Shown here: one piece after another, positions 1 to 9,458 of the stretch | Position numbering within the stretch: position 1 is the stretch's first letter | Layout: the number at the start of each line of letters is the position of its first letter | Virus record (IMG/VR): IMGVR_UViG_3300027763_000080 | Span: 1-50,833 of that record | DNA: 50,833 bases | Source: a virus | Taxonomy: Duplodnaviria > Caudoviricetes | Strand: one strand, 5' to 3' | Translations under genes and position numbers: made by a program | The notes under the pieces: generated by a model | Seen by the model: only the letters and a program-made list of their open reading frames with translations | What the model was told of the DNA's origin: nothing | The model's database searches: none

Positions 1-109
1 GTTAAAAACCTACCCTTAAAACAATGAATGAATAATGAGAAAGTAAAGCTATAAACTCCCCAATAATCGAATAACCATAACAAATATATAAAAAATTTGT
101 TACAATGAA

Positions 110-805
110 TTATTTTACGACATCTTTTAAATCAGATGTAATAATATCCATAGCACCATCAACTCCTAAGAATTTTCTAATATATGTTGCAGTTGTTGAA
201 TTTATTAATCCAGCTAATTGGTCAGGAGTGTATTTAGCACTTCGAGCTAATTTACCATCATTACCTCCTCCACCTGTATTGTAATGAACAATGATTCTAT
301 CCATGTGTATTAAACCTCCTGACATACCCCAGTCACCAAATTCTTTTTTACCTTGAAAAAGAGAATCGGCATATTGTCCGATGTATATTGAACCAATTAA
401 AATATTTAACTCTGGATCTAATTGTTGAGCTGCGGTAATTGGTTGAAAATTACCATTAGCATCCCATTTAACACCTTTTCTTTTTAGAATTTCCTTTTCT
501 TTATCAGACATTCTGCCAAGTTTAAATTCATTTGATAAAACTTTATTGGCATAGCCTTCATTTCTATTCCATTGCATAATTCCAGCAGTTGCACCATTTT
601 GAACAGGTTTAATATTACTTTCAACTGTAGCAAAAGCTGTTAATATCTCAACAGGAATATTTGAAGTTTCAGATGCTTGCTTAAAATATTTACCATATTT
701 ACCCCAACCTGTACTAATAACATCTTTTATTCCTTTTCTACTTCCCCAAGACGCGGGAGATTTTAATTTTAAATTAGGTATGCCTAATGAACCTGTAGTT
801 GCCAT
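110..805 (-). CDS. Lytic transglycosylase (SLT/lysozyme-like fold)
   Basis: Motifs FATVES (catalytic Glu), GIMQ, LDPELNILIGSIYI and HYNTG in the SLT order. Confidence 0.7.
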   Translation of the reverse strand: MATTGSLGIPNLKLKSPASWGSRKGIKDVISTGWGKYGKYFKQASETSNIPVEILTAFATVESNIKPVQNGATAGIMQWNRNEGYANKVLSNEFKLGRMSDKEKEILKRKGVKWDANGNFQPITAAQQLDPELNILIGSIYIGQYADSLFQGKKEFGDWGMSGGLIHMDRIIVHYNTGGGGNDGKLARSAKYTPDQLAGLINSTTATYIRKFLGVDGAMDIITSDLKDVVK

Positions 806-807
806 AA

Positions 808-963
808 TTAATTAGTTCTATAAATTGATATTTTTCTATCGTCTTTATCTGGATTTCCTGATTTTAATCTACTTTGATTGTATAGCCAGTAACCTAAATA
901 ACTTAATCCCGCAACACCAATAAGTGCTCCGATTATGATGAGTGCTTTATTTCCTTTTTTCAT
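808..963 (-). CDS. 51-aa membrane protein (not in ORF track)
   Basis: MKKGNKALIIIGALIGVAGLSYLGYWLYNQSR...; one TM helix; ends 2 nt before the transglycosylase start. Confidence 0.7.
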   Translation of the reverse strand: MKKGNKALIIIGALIGVAGLSYLGYWLYNQSRLKSGNPDKDDRKISIYRTN

Positions 964-996
964 AAAAAACCTAAATTAATGATAATTAATCATATA

Positions 997-1004
997 CAAA
1001 ATTA
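997..1004 (-). promoter_or_regulatory. Bacteroidota-type -7 promoter element TAATTTTG
   Basis: Matches TAnnTTTG, 33 nt upstream of the minus-strand start at 963. Confidence 0.5.
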
Positions 1005-1064
1005 TGCATTCAAATCAAAGACATCTTGCATAAATAATTATTTATTCTGTACACCTCGCACTTG

Positions 1065-1122
1065 TATATTTGTATAAATATCGAATAAAAATCAAATCCT
1101 ATTATTTTTCTACTTACATTTG
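1065..1122 (+). promoter_or_regulatory. Two Bacteroidota-type -7 elements (TATATTTG 1065-1072; TACATTTG 1115-1122)
   Basis: TAnnTTTG matches in the divergent intergenic region upstream of 1144. Confidence 0.55.
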
Positions 1123-1143
1123 TGAACATAAAGTGTTTTGTAA

Positions 1144-4100
1144 ATGGCAAAGAAAATCGAAACAAATGATGGTAAGAAAGGCGGATGGCTTGTAGGTAAA
1201 AGACATTACGATGAACAAGGAAATCCATTAGGAGGTATAAAAGCAGTGGTAACAGACGCAGGTAACAAACCCGTTGAGTTAGAAGGTGGTGAAGTTATTA
1301 TTAATCGCGAAGCATCAAAAAAATACTGGAAAGAATTATCTCGTATTAATCAATCAGCAGGTAATGGCGTTGCAATAGGACCACCTGAAGGTGCAGATGA
1401 AGACCCAGATGAATATTCAGATGGTGGGAACATCATAGAATTTAATCCTAATCATATTCCAAACAAATGGATTGTTAGTTACGCAAAAAAGATTAAAAAA
1501 TCATATCCGGATATTTGGAAGTTAGGTGGTAACATTTTTGGTAATGAAGCATTCAATAATTTAGAACGTGTTTCAGAACGCGGGTATTGGTTGGATTCAG
1601 AAAAATGGATGTATATCAAATGGCGTTCATACGTTGCAAGACATATTCATGATTTTAGAATTGAAGGTGTAGTTGCGATGTTGAAATGGTGTGATAAGGT
1701 TGAAAAAGGATGGCCTTATATGAAACAACTAATTGAAGAGAAAATTGCTAAGAAAGGTTGGAAACATAAACAAGCATCTAAAATGGATGATGGTGGGAAT
1801 GTAAATAATAACACCATAAAAGTTTCAAAATACATTTTAGAAAGACATCCGAAAAAAGGAGATATTTTTGAAGGTGGTAAAGCAGATGGTTACAAGATTG
1901 TAGGAATTAAAAAATTAAAAAAACATTATGGCATTATTTACGAAATTTTACTATTAGACACGAAAGCAAATGATAATGGGGGTTTTAATAGAAGAATTGT
2001 TGGTTATACACCTCAAACAAAAAAAATCAGTGATTTTAACCAAAGTTTTTTAACGTCAACAAAAGGTAAATATTATACAGTATGGTCAGATTCTGATATA
2101 GATGGGCCCATAAGTACTAAAATGAAAGAAGGCGGTAATGTAGTTACATACAAAGACAAATACAACACCAAATACAAGTATAAAAAAGGTGAATCGCATA
2201 GTTTAGAAGAAATATCAAAAGATACAGGCGTTTCAATGAAAGGTTTGCAACAGATTTACGATAAAGGAATTGGCGCATACAAAACAAATCCAAAAAGCGT
2301 AAGACCTAATGTCACTTCAAAAGAGCAATGGGCAATGGCAAGAGTTTACAGCGCAGTAATGGGTGGTGATGCAGCTATCGTTGATAAAAATGAATTGAAG
2401 ATGAATAAAGGAGGCAAAGTAGGTCAAGAAATTACATGCATAAAATGTGATTGGAATTGGAACACGAATAAGTCAGAGGAATTTGATAAATATGTTTGTC
2501 ACAATTGTGGTACTGATAATTCTAGAATATATGCACCTAAAAAACTTAAAGGTGGTGGTAATGTCGAATGGCAAAAAGCAAGAATTGGTGATAGTGCAAG
2601 AGTTGTTTCTGAAAACAAAATGGGTGTAATTGTAAAAGATTATGGTCGTAAATTCCACTTGAAATTTGTTGATGGAACAGAAAAAACTTACGATGCTGAT
2701 GAACTTGACTTCTATCGTTTAGATGAAGATGAATACGCAGGTGGTGGTTTAATAACTACTTACGGAGGTGAAGCAAAGATTGGTGATAAAGGTCAATTGC
2801 AAACGCGAAAAGGTAGGATTGATATTCAAATTACGAACATTACAGATAAGTGGGTTATTTTTAACGATTTAACTGAAGGTGGTAAAAGAAAAGATTCACC
2901 ACGCGATAAATTCATTGAAAATTATAGAGGAAATGCACCTCTTGGTTCGGCTGTAACACCTGCAACATCAGTTCAACCACCAGCAGATATTTACGAACTT
3001 AAAAAATCTATATTTGCGCCTGATTTATACAATACTAAAATAATTGTAGATACTCCTGAGCAATCAGCAGCTTTTCAAAAAATAGCAATTGAATTAGGAA
3101 TTACTTGGGGACGTGGTATTAAAACAATCCAAAATACAAATGGAAAATATTTGTATGTAGATGATGAATTTGGTGCCGGCGAACAAATACTTGGTTTTGA
3201 TAAAGATACTCCTCCTGCTAAAGATTTTTACGAAAATAGGCCAAGTAAAGAATTATTCTTTGATGATTTATTTCAATTGAAAGGAACAACGGGTAAACAA
3301 ACGTTTAAACTTAAACGTGAAATAACTGCAAGTGAATTATTTGATACAAAAATTAATTTGTTATCAGAAGACGAATCAAAAGCTTTTCAAGAATTAATTT
3401 TAACATTAGGGTTTAACTGGAATGGCAAAAATATTGTACAATATATCGACAAGCCATTTTTATTCCTTGATGATGATTTTAGTATATTTCACTCAACTGA
3501 TAAAGGTCACTTTTCACAAAGAAAAAACAAAGAGATATTCTTCAAGGATATTTTCGAAGTAATAGAAACACCTACGACACCTAATAAACCAGTTCACGAA
3601 CTTGCAAATTATCGTATCAAAACAGAACAAGAGTTTATTGATGAGTATGGTTTTAATTGGAAAGAAAAAGTAAGTTGGTCATCAAAAGATTACATGAACT
3701 ACTTATTTGGCGAAAAACTTACAGATATTGTAACACCAGATTTATATGATACTGTTCTTGATGGTGTCAAAGGATATATGAGTTTTAAGACTAATTATTC
3801 AAGAGAAACTCAAGATGATACTGAATGGGTTATCAATTCTAAAATGTATAAGTTTGACCCTATTTTATTAAAACAAAACGTTGAAACAAATTTAGGTAAA
3901 GTACCAACACACAAAGAAATATCTGAAGTAAAAACAGAAAGAGAATTAATTCATGATGAATATAATGATATTGTTTTCTTGATTGAAAATACACCAGGAA
4001 CAGATTCAGAAAATATGCTTTCGTTAAAAACGCAAGCGAAAGAATTGAAAGACAAACTTGATGCACTTGATTTAGAATTGAAAAAGAAAAATGAAGGCGA

Positions 4101-4899
4101 ATTTAATTTATTAGACGAGTTATTCAGTGCATCATCAGTTAAACCACAAGCAAGGTATGATTTAAAACCTTACAATGATGGATTTGCACCTGATGGACAA
4201 CCAACTGCATTGCCGAAAAATATTTATGATTGGACAATGACTGAAGAATTTCAAAATTGGTTTGGTAACTTTACGTTAGCATACAATTACAGAAATTCAT
4301 CATACGAAAATGTTCCATGTTCGGTTGTTGTAAGTAAAAATTACGAGCCATTAGTTGTGTATCATGGAACGGGAGCAGAATTCTCATTCTTTAAATTTGA
4401 TAGATTTCCCGCTATGTACTTTGCAGAAAATGAAGCATACTCAAATTGGTTTGCGGAAATGAAAGGTCAAGAACAAGGAACACAAGGTTACGTATATCCA
4501 TTCTTCTTGAATATTAGAACACCATTGGATTTAACATATTTTGAAATTAATGATGTTTCACCAGATGATTTTATTGATTGGATGTATTTACAGACAGGTC
4601 TTGATGCTGATGAACTTAAAATCAATAAAGCGTTAACCGACCCGAATAGAAAATTCAAAGCATGGATGTATTTACGAAATAGCCCCGAAATGTTGCAAGT
4701 GCTGAAAGATAAGAACGTTTGTGATGGAATTGTGTATTACGAAGATAATCCATCAGTAGATACAAACTCTGACGCATACAAAACGAAAGCATACATTGTT
4801 TTCAATTCAAATTCAGCAAAAATCGCAGAACCAAGCAGACATAAATTAGCTATTTCAGCGATGAGAAGTTTTTATTTAAAAAGAGGAGGTAAATTATGA
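1144..4899 (+). CDS. Polyvalent multidomain protein with C-terminal ADP-ribosyltransferase-like (ART-PolyVal) domain
   Basis: C-terminal FQNWFG...PLVVYHGT...MYFAE...VYPFFLNIRTP...DGIV...YIVF; DUF5824-like GLQQIYDKGIGAYKT...EQWAMARV; CxxC...CxxC zinc ribbon; SH3-like segment; domains separated by (M/L/Y)xxGG. Confidence 0.75.
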   Translation: MAKKIETNDGKKGGWLVGKRHYDEQGNPLGGIKAVVTDAGNKPVELEGGEVIINREASKKYWKELSRINQSAGNGVAIGPPEGADEDPDEYSDGGNIIEFNPNHIPNKWIVSYAKKIKKSYPDIWKLGGNIFGNEAFNNLERVSERGYWLDSEKWMYIKWRSYVARHIHDFRIEGVVAMLKWCDKVEKGWPYMKQLIEEKIAKKGWKHKQASKMDDGGNVNNNTIKVSKYILERHPKKGDIFEGGKADGYKIVGIKKLKKHYGIIYEILLLDTKANDNGGFNRRIVGYTPQTKKISDFNQSFLTSTKGKYYTVWSDSDIDGPISTKMKEGGNVVTYKDKYNTKYKYKKGESHSLEEISKDTGVSMKGLQQIYDKGIGAYKTNPKSVRPNVTSKEQWAMARVYSAVMGGDAAIVDKNELKMNKGGKVGQEITCIKCDWNWNTNKSEEFDKYVCHNCGTDNSRIYAPKKLKGGGNVEWQKARIGDSARVVSENKMGVIVKDYGRKFHLKFVDGTEKTYDADELDFYRLDEDEYAGGGLITTYGGEAKIGDKGQLQTRKGRIDIQITNITDKWVIFNDLTEGGKRKDSPRDKFIENYRGNAPLGSAVTPATSVQPPADIYELKKSIFAPDLYNTKIIVDTPEQSAAFQKIAIELGITWGRGIKTIQNTNGKYLYVDDEFGAGEQILGFDKDTPPAKDFYENRPSKELFFDDLFQLKGTTGKQTFKLKREITASELFDTKINLLSEDESKAFQELILTLGFNWNGKNIVQYIDKPFLFLDDDFSIFHSTDKGHFSQRKNKEIFFKDIFEVIETPTTPNKPVHELANYRIKTEQEFIDEYGFNWKEKVSWSSKDYMNYLFGEKLTDIVTPDLYDTVLDGVKGYMSFKTNYSRETQDDTEWVINSKMYKFDPILLKQNVETNLGKVPTHKEISEVKTERELIHDEYNDIVFLIENTPGTDSENMLSLKTQAKELKDKLDALDLELKKKNEGEFNLLDELFSASSVKPQARYDLKPYNDGFAPDGQPTALPKNIYDWTMTEEFQNWFGNFTLAYNYRNSSYENVPCSVVVSKNYEPLVVYHGTGAEFSFFKFDRFPAMYFAENEAYSNWFAEMKGQEQGTQGYVYPFFLNIRTPLDLTYFEINDVSPDDFIDWMYLQTGLDADELKINKALTDPNRKFKAWMYLRNSPEMLQVLKDKNVCDGIVYYEDNPSVDTNSDAYKTKAYIVFNSNSAKIAEPSRHKLAISAMRSFYLKRGGKL

Positions 4900-6062
4900 T
4901 TTTAGATAAATCAAACTTAACAGTTAATAAAGTAGGTGCTAGAACAGAGTATATTTACAAATATCCATCTGATGATAAAAAAATACTCATTTCTTTATTT
5001 GCAGTTCAATTAGCAAGTGGTATTTCATTTATTGTAGACAAAGTAGTTGAAGATTTAGAAGGTAATGTCATTACCAAATCAGAAGATACTATTTTTAACA
5101 CTGATGATTTAAAACAAGCGTGGGAAAAGTTTGAAGATTTGTTCGAAGAAACACAAAAACAAGAAAACCCACAACAAGGAGGAGAGGAACCAGAAGTTCA
5201 AGTATTGATGGTCACAGTTGAGAAAAATGGTAAGTCATTTGTTTTCTTATTGAAACAAGATAACACACAAGAATTAGCATTAGAAATGAATATTGATAAT
5301 TATGATGTTCAAAACACTAAACCAAAATTTGCTGAACTTGATTTCACAAATGACCCTAATCTATCTGAACCATTTAACACTAAATGGAATTTAGCATTGG
5401 TTGATGATGTGAAATATGAAGATGCATCAAATGATAGTACAACGTTTATTATTGCATTAGAATCAGTTAATCAACCGGGACAACCGGGTGGAACAGAAGG
5501 ACCCGAACAAGAAGGTGAACAACCTCAACCGGGTGAACAACCTCAACCGGGTGAACAACCTCAACCGGGCGAACAACCTCAACCGGGTGAACAACCTCAA
5601 CCTGGTGAACAACCTCAACCGGGTGAACAACCTCAACCAGGCGAACAACCTCAACCGGGTGAACAACCTCAACCGGGCGAACAACCTCAACCGGGTGAAC
5701 AACCTCAACCGGGTGAACAACCTCAACCGGGCGAACAACCTCAACCAGGCGAACAACCTCAACCAGGTGAACAACCTCAAAGAAACCCAGATGAAACTGG
5801 GGGCGATTTAAGCGGTGGTCAAAGTGAATCACAAGGTGGAGTTCAAAATGTTGATTATAAAGGTGCAATTCAACAATTATCAGAAGAAACAGGTTTATCT
5901 CCTGATGATATTGAATCTTCATTAAGGACTGAAAGAATATTTGATTCTTTTTTAACTTTGAATAATGTAAATGTAAATGAACTAAAAAATAAATTCAACG
6001 GGTCTGATTTAACAAGAAATCAATTCGTAAAACAAATGGTAAGCGATTTCAAAAATATATAA
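4896..6062 (+). CDS. Acidic protein with long (GEQPQP)n linker
   Basis: 388-aa ORF coupled to upstream gene by ATGA overlap; immediately upstream of AAA+ ATPase. Confidence 0.8.
   Translation: MILDKSNLTVNKVGARTEYIYKYPSDDKKILISLFAVQLASGISFIVDKVVEDLEGNVITKSEDTIFNTDDLKQAWEKFEDLFEETQKQENPQQGGEEPEVQVLMVTVEKNGKSFVFLLKQDNTQELALEMNIDNYDVQNTKPKFAELDFTNDPNLSEPFNTKWNLALVDDVKYEDASNDSTTFIIALESVNQPGQPGGTEGPEQEGEQPQPGEQPQPGEQPQPGEQPQPGEQPQPGEQPQPGEQPQPGEQPQPGEQPQPGEQPQPGEQPQPGEQPQPGEQPQPGEQPQPGEQPQRNPDETGGDLSGGQSESQGGVQNVDYKGAIQQLSEETGLSPDDIESSLRTERIFDSFLTLNNVNVNELKNKFNGSDLTRNQFVKQMVSDFKNI
5514..5780 (+). repeat. 18-bp coding tandem repeat, about 15 copies (ggtgaacaacctcaaccg), encoding GEQPQP
   Basis: Directly visible; variation only at synonymous third positions. 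Confidence 0.97.
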
Positions 6063-6063
6063 C

Positions 6064-7452
6064 ATGGATAAGGAAAAACAAATAGAAAGATTACAAGCAA
6101 TCATTGATAAAAATGCAAACCCACAAGCTGTTGCAAGTGCGCAATCTCAATTGAGAATGCTTGAAACAGAAGGTAAAGTTGCAATTCACAATCAATCAGC
6201 AGGTGTAACACAAGACCCAGATGCACAAGCAATTCTTGATGCATTGAACAAAGCTATTTCAAAAGGATTTACAAGTGGGGTAGATGTACGTAAAGAAATT
6301 GAAGATGTGTTGAAAGCACGTAAAATCAATGAAACTGATTTATCTGATAGTTTACGCGCATTAATTCAAAGCAGTCGTAAGATTGAACTTACAATCACTC
6401 AACTCAACGCACAACCGAAAGTAACATCAACAACTGATGCATTTTTGCAAAAGCCATTAACTCAAATGTTGTTGAGTGATATGAGAGCTAGAAACAATTC
6501 ATATTTATATGGTGCTGCAGGTACAGGTAAAACATACATGGCAGAAGAAATTGCTAAATTATTAGGTTGGGAGTTAATTACTGTGAACTGTTCACAATAT
6601 ACATCGCCTCTTGATATTTTAGGTGGTCAAACGATTGAAGGATACCAAGAAGGTCGCGTATCAATGTCGTGGGAAAACGTGATTTATGAATCTGACGGAA
6701 GTGCAAGACGAGTAGATGGTGTTGTTTTGTTACTTGATGAGTTACCAAAAATTGACCCGAATACAGCAGGTATCATGAATGATGCATTAGCGAAGGTTAA
6801 AAACTTTTCTGAAAACCCAGCAACTGGATTGTTAATTAGACCTTCAATCAGAAATGGTAAAGGTGTGCAATTATTCCTACAAAATCTTTTTGTTATTGCA
6901 ACAGGTAACGTTCCGTTAAATACGATTGACCCCGATTATGAAGCGAACTTCAAACAAGATTTATCTTTACAAGACCGTTTTGTAGGTTCAACATACAAAA
7001 TTGGATATGATTATCAGTTTGAATACAATGTAATTATGTCGGGATATGCTTTCATTTGGATTTTCCTTATTAAAGTACGTGAAGCAATCGTTGAACTTCG
7101 CGCACAATCACAAGCATTCGTTTCAATGCGTATTATGATTAATTCAAAAGAAACATATCGCACATATAGAGATGTAATGGATGAAATTCAAACAGGAAAA
7201 GCTAATTTGATTTCAAGTCCAAAAACATTGGTTGATACAATGGATGAATTCTTCAACCTATTCAAACCCGCTCAAAAAGAATCAATTATAACTATGGTTG
7301 ATTATGATGGTTTCAAAAAAATAGTTGCAGAGAAAAACAAAATGCCATACATTCATTCAGGTATGAAAGTTGCAAATGATTTCAACACAGCATCTGAAAT
7401 TGCAGAAGCACAAACATTGATTACAAAATATAAACAATCTCAATCTAACTAA
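6064..7452 (+). CDS. MoxR/CobS/CbbQ-like AAA+ ATPase
   Basis: Walker A GAAGTGKT, Walker B LLLDE, ATGN sensor, LQDRF arginine finger; N-terminal helical extension. Confidence 0.85.
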   Translation: MDKEKQIERLQAIIDKNANPQAVASAQSQLRMLETEGKVAIHNQSAGVTQDPDAQAILDALNKAISKGFTSGVDVRKEIEDVLKARKINETDLSDSLRALIQSSRKIELTITQLNAQPKVTSTTDAFLQKPLTQMLLSDMRARNNSYLYGAAGTGKTYMAEEIAKLLGWELITVNCSQYTSPLDILGGQTIEGYQEGRVSMSWENVIYESDGSARRVDGVVLLLDELPKIDPNTAGIMNDALAKVKNFSENPATGLLIRPSIRNGKGVQLFLQNLFVIATGNVPLNTIDPDYEANFKQDLSLQDRFVGSTYKIGYDYQFEYNVIMSGYAFIWIFLIKVREAIVELRAQSQAFVSMRIMINSKETYRTYRDVMDEIQTGKANLISSPKTLVDTMDEFFNLFKPAQKESIITMVDYDGFKKIVAEKNKMPYIHSGMKVANDFNTASEIAEAQTLITKYKQSQSN

Positions 7453-7455
7453 AAG

Positions 7456-9123
7456 ATGGGTGTATATAACCACTGGTCAGACGCGCAATTATATGGGTGG
7501 GCTTTAGATACCGTAGAGGAATTTAAAGAATATTATGATTCTCAAAAAGGAAATGGTTCATTTGATGCATACGTACTCAGGTATAAAAATGATATTTATG
7601 ATAGACGTCTTTCAAAATTATTTGAAGGTAATGCAGTGAATTTTAATTTAGGTGGCGAAAATGATAAAAGTAAATTAGAATTTACAGATAGACCAATTGG
7701 TGTTTTTGATTTCAGTTTAGCTTCACAACAGTTATTTCGTGTACATGAATTTTACAGTGAGCAATTAAAAAACGACCAACCGAATTTATTTGATAGTTAT
7801 AATGTTCCAAGTGGTGTTGTACCTAATTATTATGTTAATAAGGTAGTAATTCAAGGGGTAAATAATTTTATTTATAAAGACGATAAAACAGGCACAGAAT
7901 ACATTTGTGTTCGTAGGCAAAAAGGATTAACTAAACTTTTACAAGAACAACCTAACCTTCAAACAAAAATACAAGAGGGAACTGGTTTGATTATACCTTC
8001 AATGCCAACGAATAAAGTAAAGTTCGCATCAAAAACTAAAAAACCATACTTGAAATACAAAAGACAAGGTGGTAAGGTTCGTTATGTCGAAATTTACTCA
8101 GCTCATTATTATACTAGAATGAGCGATGATTTCTCTTTCGCTGTAAGGCATATACCTATGTTAATGGCAGCTGAATATCTTGAAAAAATGGGTACATTGA
8201 CTAAATTGTATGTTACACGTTTTGTAATTGCAGCAAACTCACCTAAACCAAAGAAAAAAGATGTTTTAACTGGAACTACTTTACCTCTGTATGATGAATG
8301 GGTAAAATATAATCAACCAAATAGTAGTTATACGATTATGCCTATGTGCGTTAAAGAATATGGGCAAGAAATTGATAAAGCAAGGTTTTTCGCAGTAGGT
8401 TCAAGGTCTTATATAGATTTATATGAGCATGCAGTTTATAATATGCGATTTCATGAATTAGCATCAGGTTCTTTGAACATAGGAGGAAATCCAGATTGGA
8501 CAGAAAAACAATATCAAGAAGGTTTTGAACGTTTCAGACAGAAATATGCACAATATTCAGAAAAAGGTATTTGGAAAGCAAAAGAAGTTATACCACAAGG
8601 TTTAATATATTTTCATGATTTACCTTTGAATATAAAATGGGATGATTTCAAAAGTCAAACTTTAAGGGCATTTAATAAAACTGATATTTCAGAATTGATT
8701 AAAAATGAACCTTCGGTAAATAAATGGTTTGAAATGTGGATGAAAATATCTGCATTTACAATCAAAGACAAATTTGATATTTTTAACTCAAATAAACCAT
8801 CTAAGGTTTATCGCGATATTATCAAACAACAACAATCAATTCTTCAAGAGATTGAATTTTTGATTAGAGTTGAAAAAAACACACGTTTCCAAGAGGTATT
8901 GACTGATTTTTTAGCATTTGTAAAAGTTCCTTTACAATATAATGCTTACGGTAATACGGTTAGTGTGGGTTACTCTTATGAAAACCCAATCAAATACATT
9001 ACAGAGAAAATCAATGAAATGACAATTTTTGGTGGAGGAGGTATTTTTGCAACACCACCAGAACAGATTGAAAAGCGGAATGAAATAGCTGAAAAGCTAA
9101 TTGAAGAACTAACTAAAATATAA
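7456..9123 (+). CDS. Hypothetical protein, possible CobT/vWA-like partner of the AAA+ ATPase
   Basis: 555-aa ORF directly after the MoxR-type ATPase; no clear MIDAS motif, so the function is positional inference only. Confidence 0.45.
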   Translation: MGVYNHWSDAQLYGWALDTVEEFKEYYDSQKGNGSFDAYVLRYKNDIYDRRLSKLFEGNAVNFNLGGENDKSKLEFTDRPIGVFDFSLASQQLFRVHEFYSEQLKNDQPNLFDSYNVPSGVVPNYYVNKVVIQGVNNFIYKDDKTGTEYICVRRQKGLTKLLQEQPNLQTKIQEGTGLIIPSMPTNKVKFASKTKKPYLKYKRQGGKVRYVEIYSAHYYTRMSDDFSFAVRHIPMLMAAEYLEKMGTLTKLYVTRFVIAANSPKPKKKDVLTGTTLPLYDEWVKYNQPNSSYTIMPMCVKEYGQEIDKARFFAVGSRSYIDLYEHAVYNMRFHELASGSLNIGGNPDWTEKQYQEGFERFRQKYAQYSEKGIWKAKEVIPQGLIYFHDLPLNIKWDDFKSQTLRAFNKTDISELIKNEPSVNKWFEMWMKISAFTIKDKFDIFNSNKPSKVYRDIIKQQQSILQEIEFLIRVEKNTRFQEVLTDFLAFVKVPLQYNAYGNTVSVGYSYENPIKYITEKINEMTIFGGGGIFATPPEQIEKRNEIAEKLIEELTKI

Positions 9124-9127
9124 AAAA

Positions 9128-9451
9128 ATGAGATTATACAAAGCACAAGAGTTAGAGTTAAAAGGTTTGATGTTCAGATTGAGTCAGTACGAAAAATCAG
9201 GAAATGGTAAAATATATAACATTGGCGTTATGACTAATTCTGATTTTCCTACAGATATATTTGTGCAATACGAATCTACTGAAGTCAATAGTTTGGCTCC
9301 TGTTGTTGAATCTAATTTGTATCAAATAACACAGAACGGTATGTTAATTAATTTCAAAGAGTTTTTTCCTAATCCTTTTGAAAAATATGCATTCTTAGGT
9401 CGTTGTTTGGTTGAAAACATAGAGAACATTGAAATTATAGACAATCAATAA
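9128..9451 (+). CDS. Hypothetical protein
   Basis: 107-aa ORF in operon with A-rich start. Confidence 0.7.
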   Translation: MRLYKAQELELKGLMFRLSQYEKSGNGKIYNIGVMTNSDFPTDIFVQYESTEVNSLAPVVESNLYQITQNGMLINFKEFFPNPFEKYAFLGRCLVENIENIEIIDNQ

Positions 9452-9458
9452 GTCATAA

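Noticed and set aside
5514-5780. Possible CRISPR array
   Set aside because: Contiguous repeats with no spacers, in frame within a CDS; no cas genes
5463-5922. Alternative-frame ORFs (RLRLFT, VEVVHP, NNLNRV repeats)
   Set aside because: Shadows of the 18-bp repeat; substitutions are synonymous only in the GEQPQP frame
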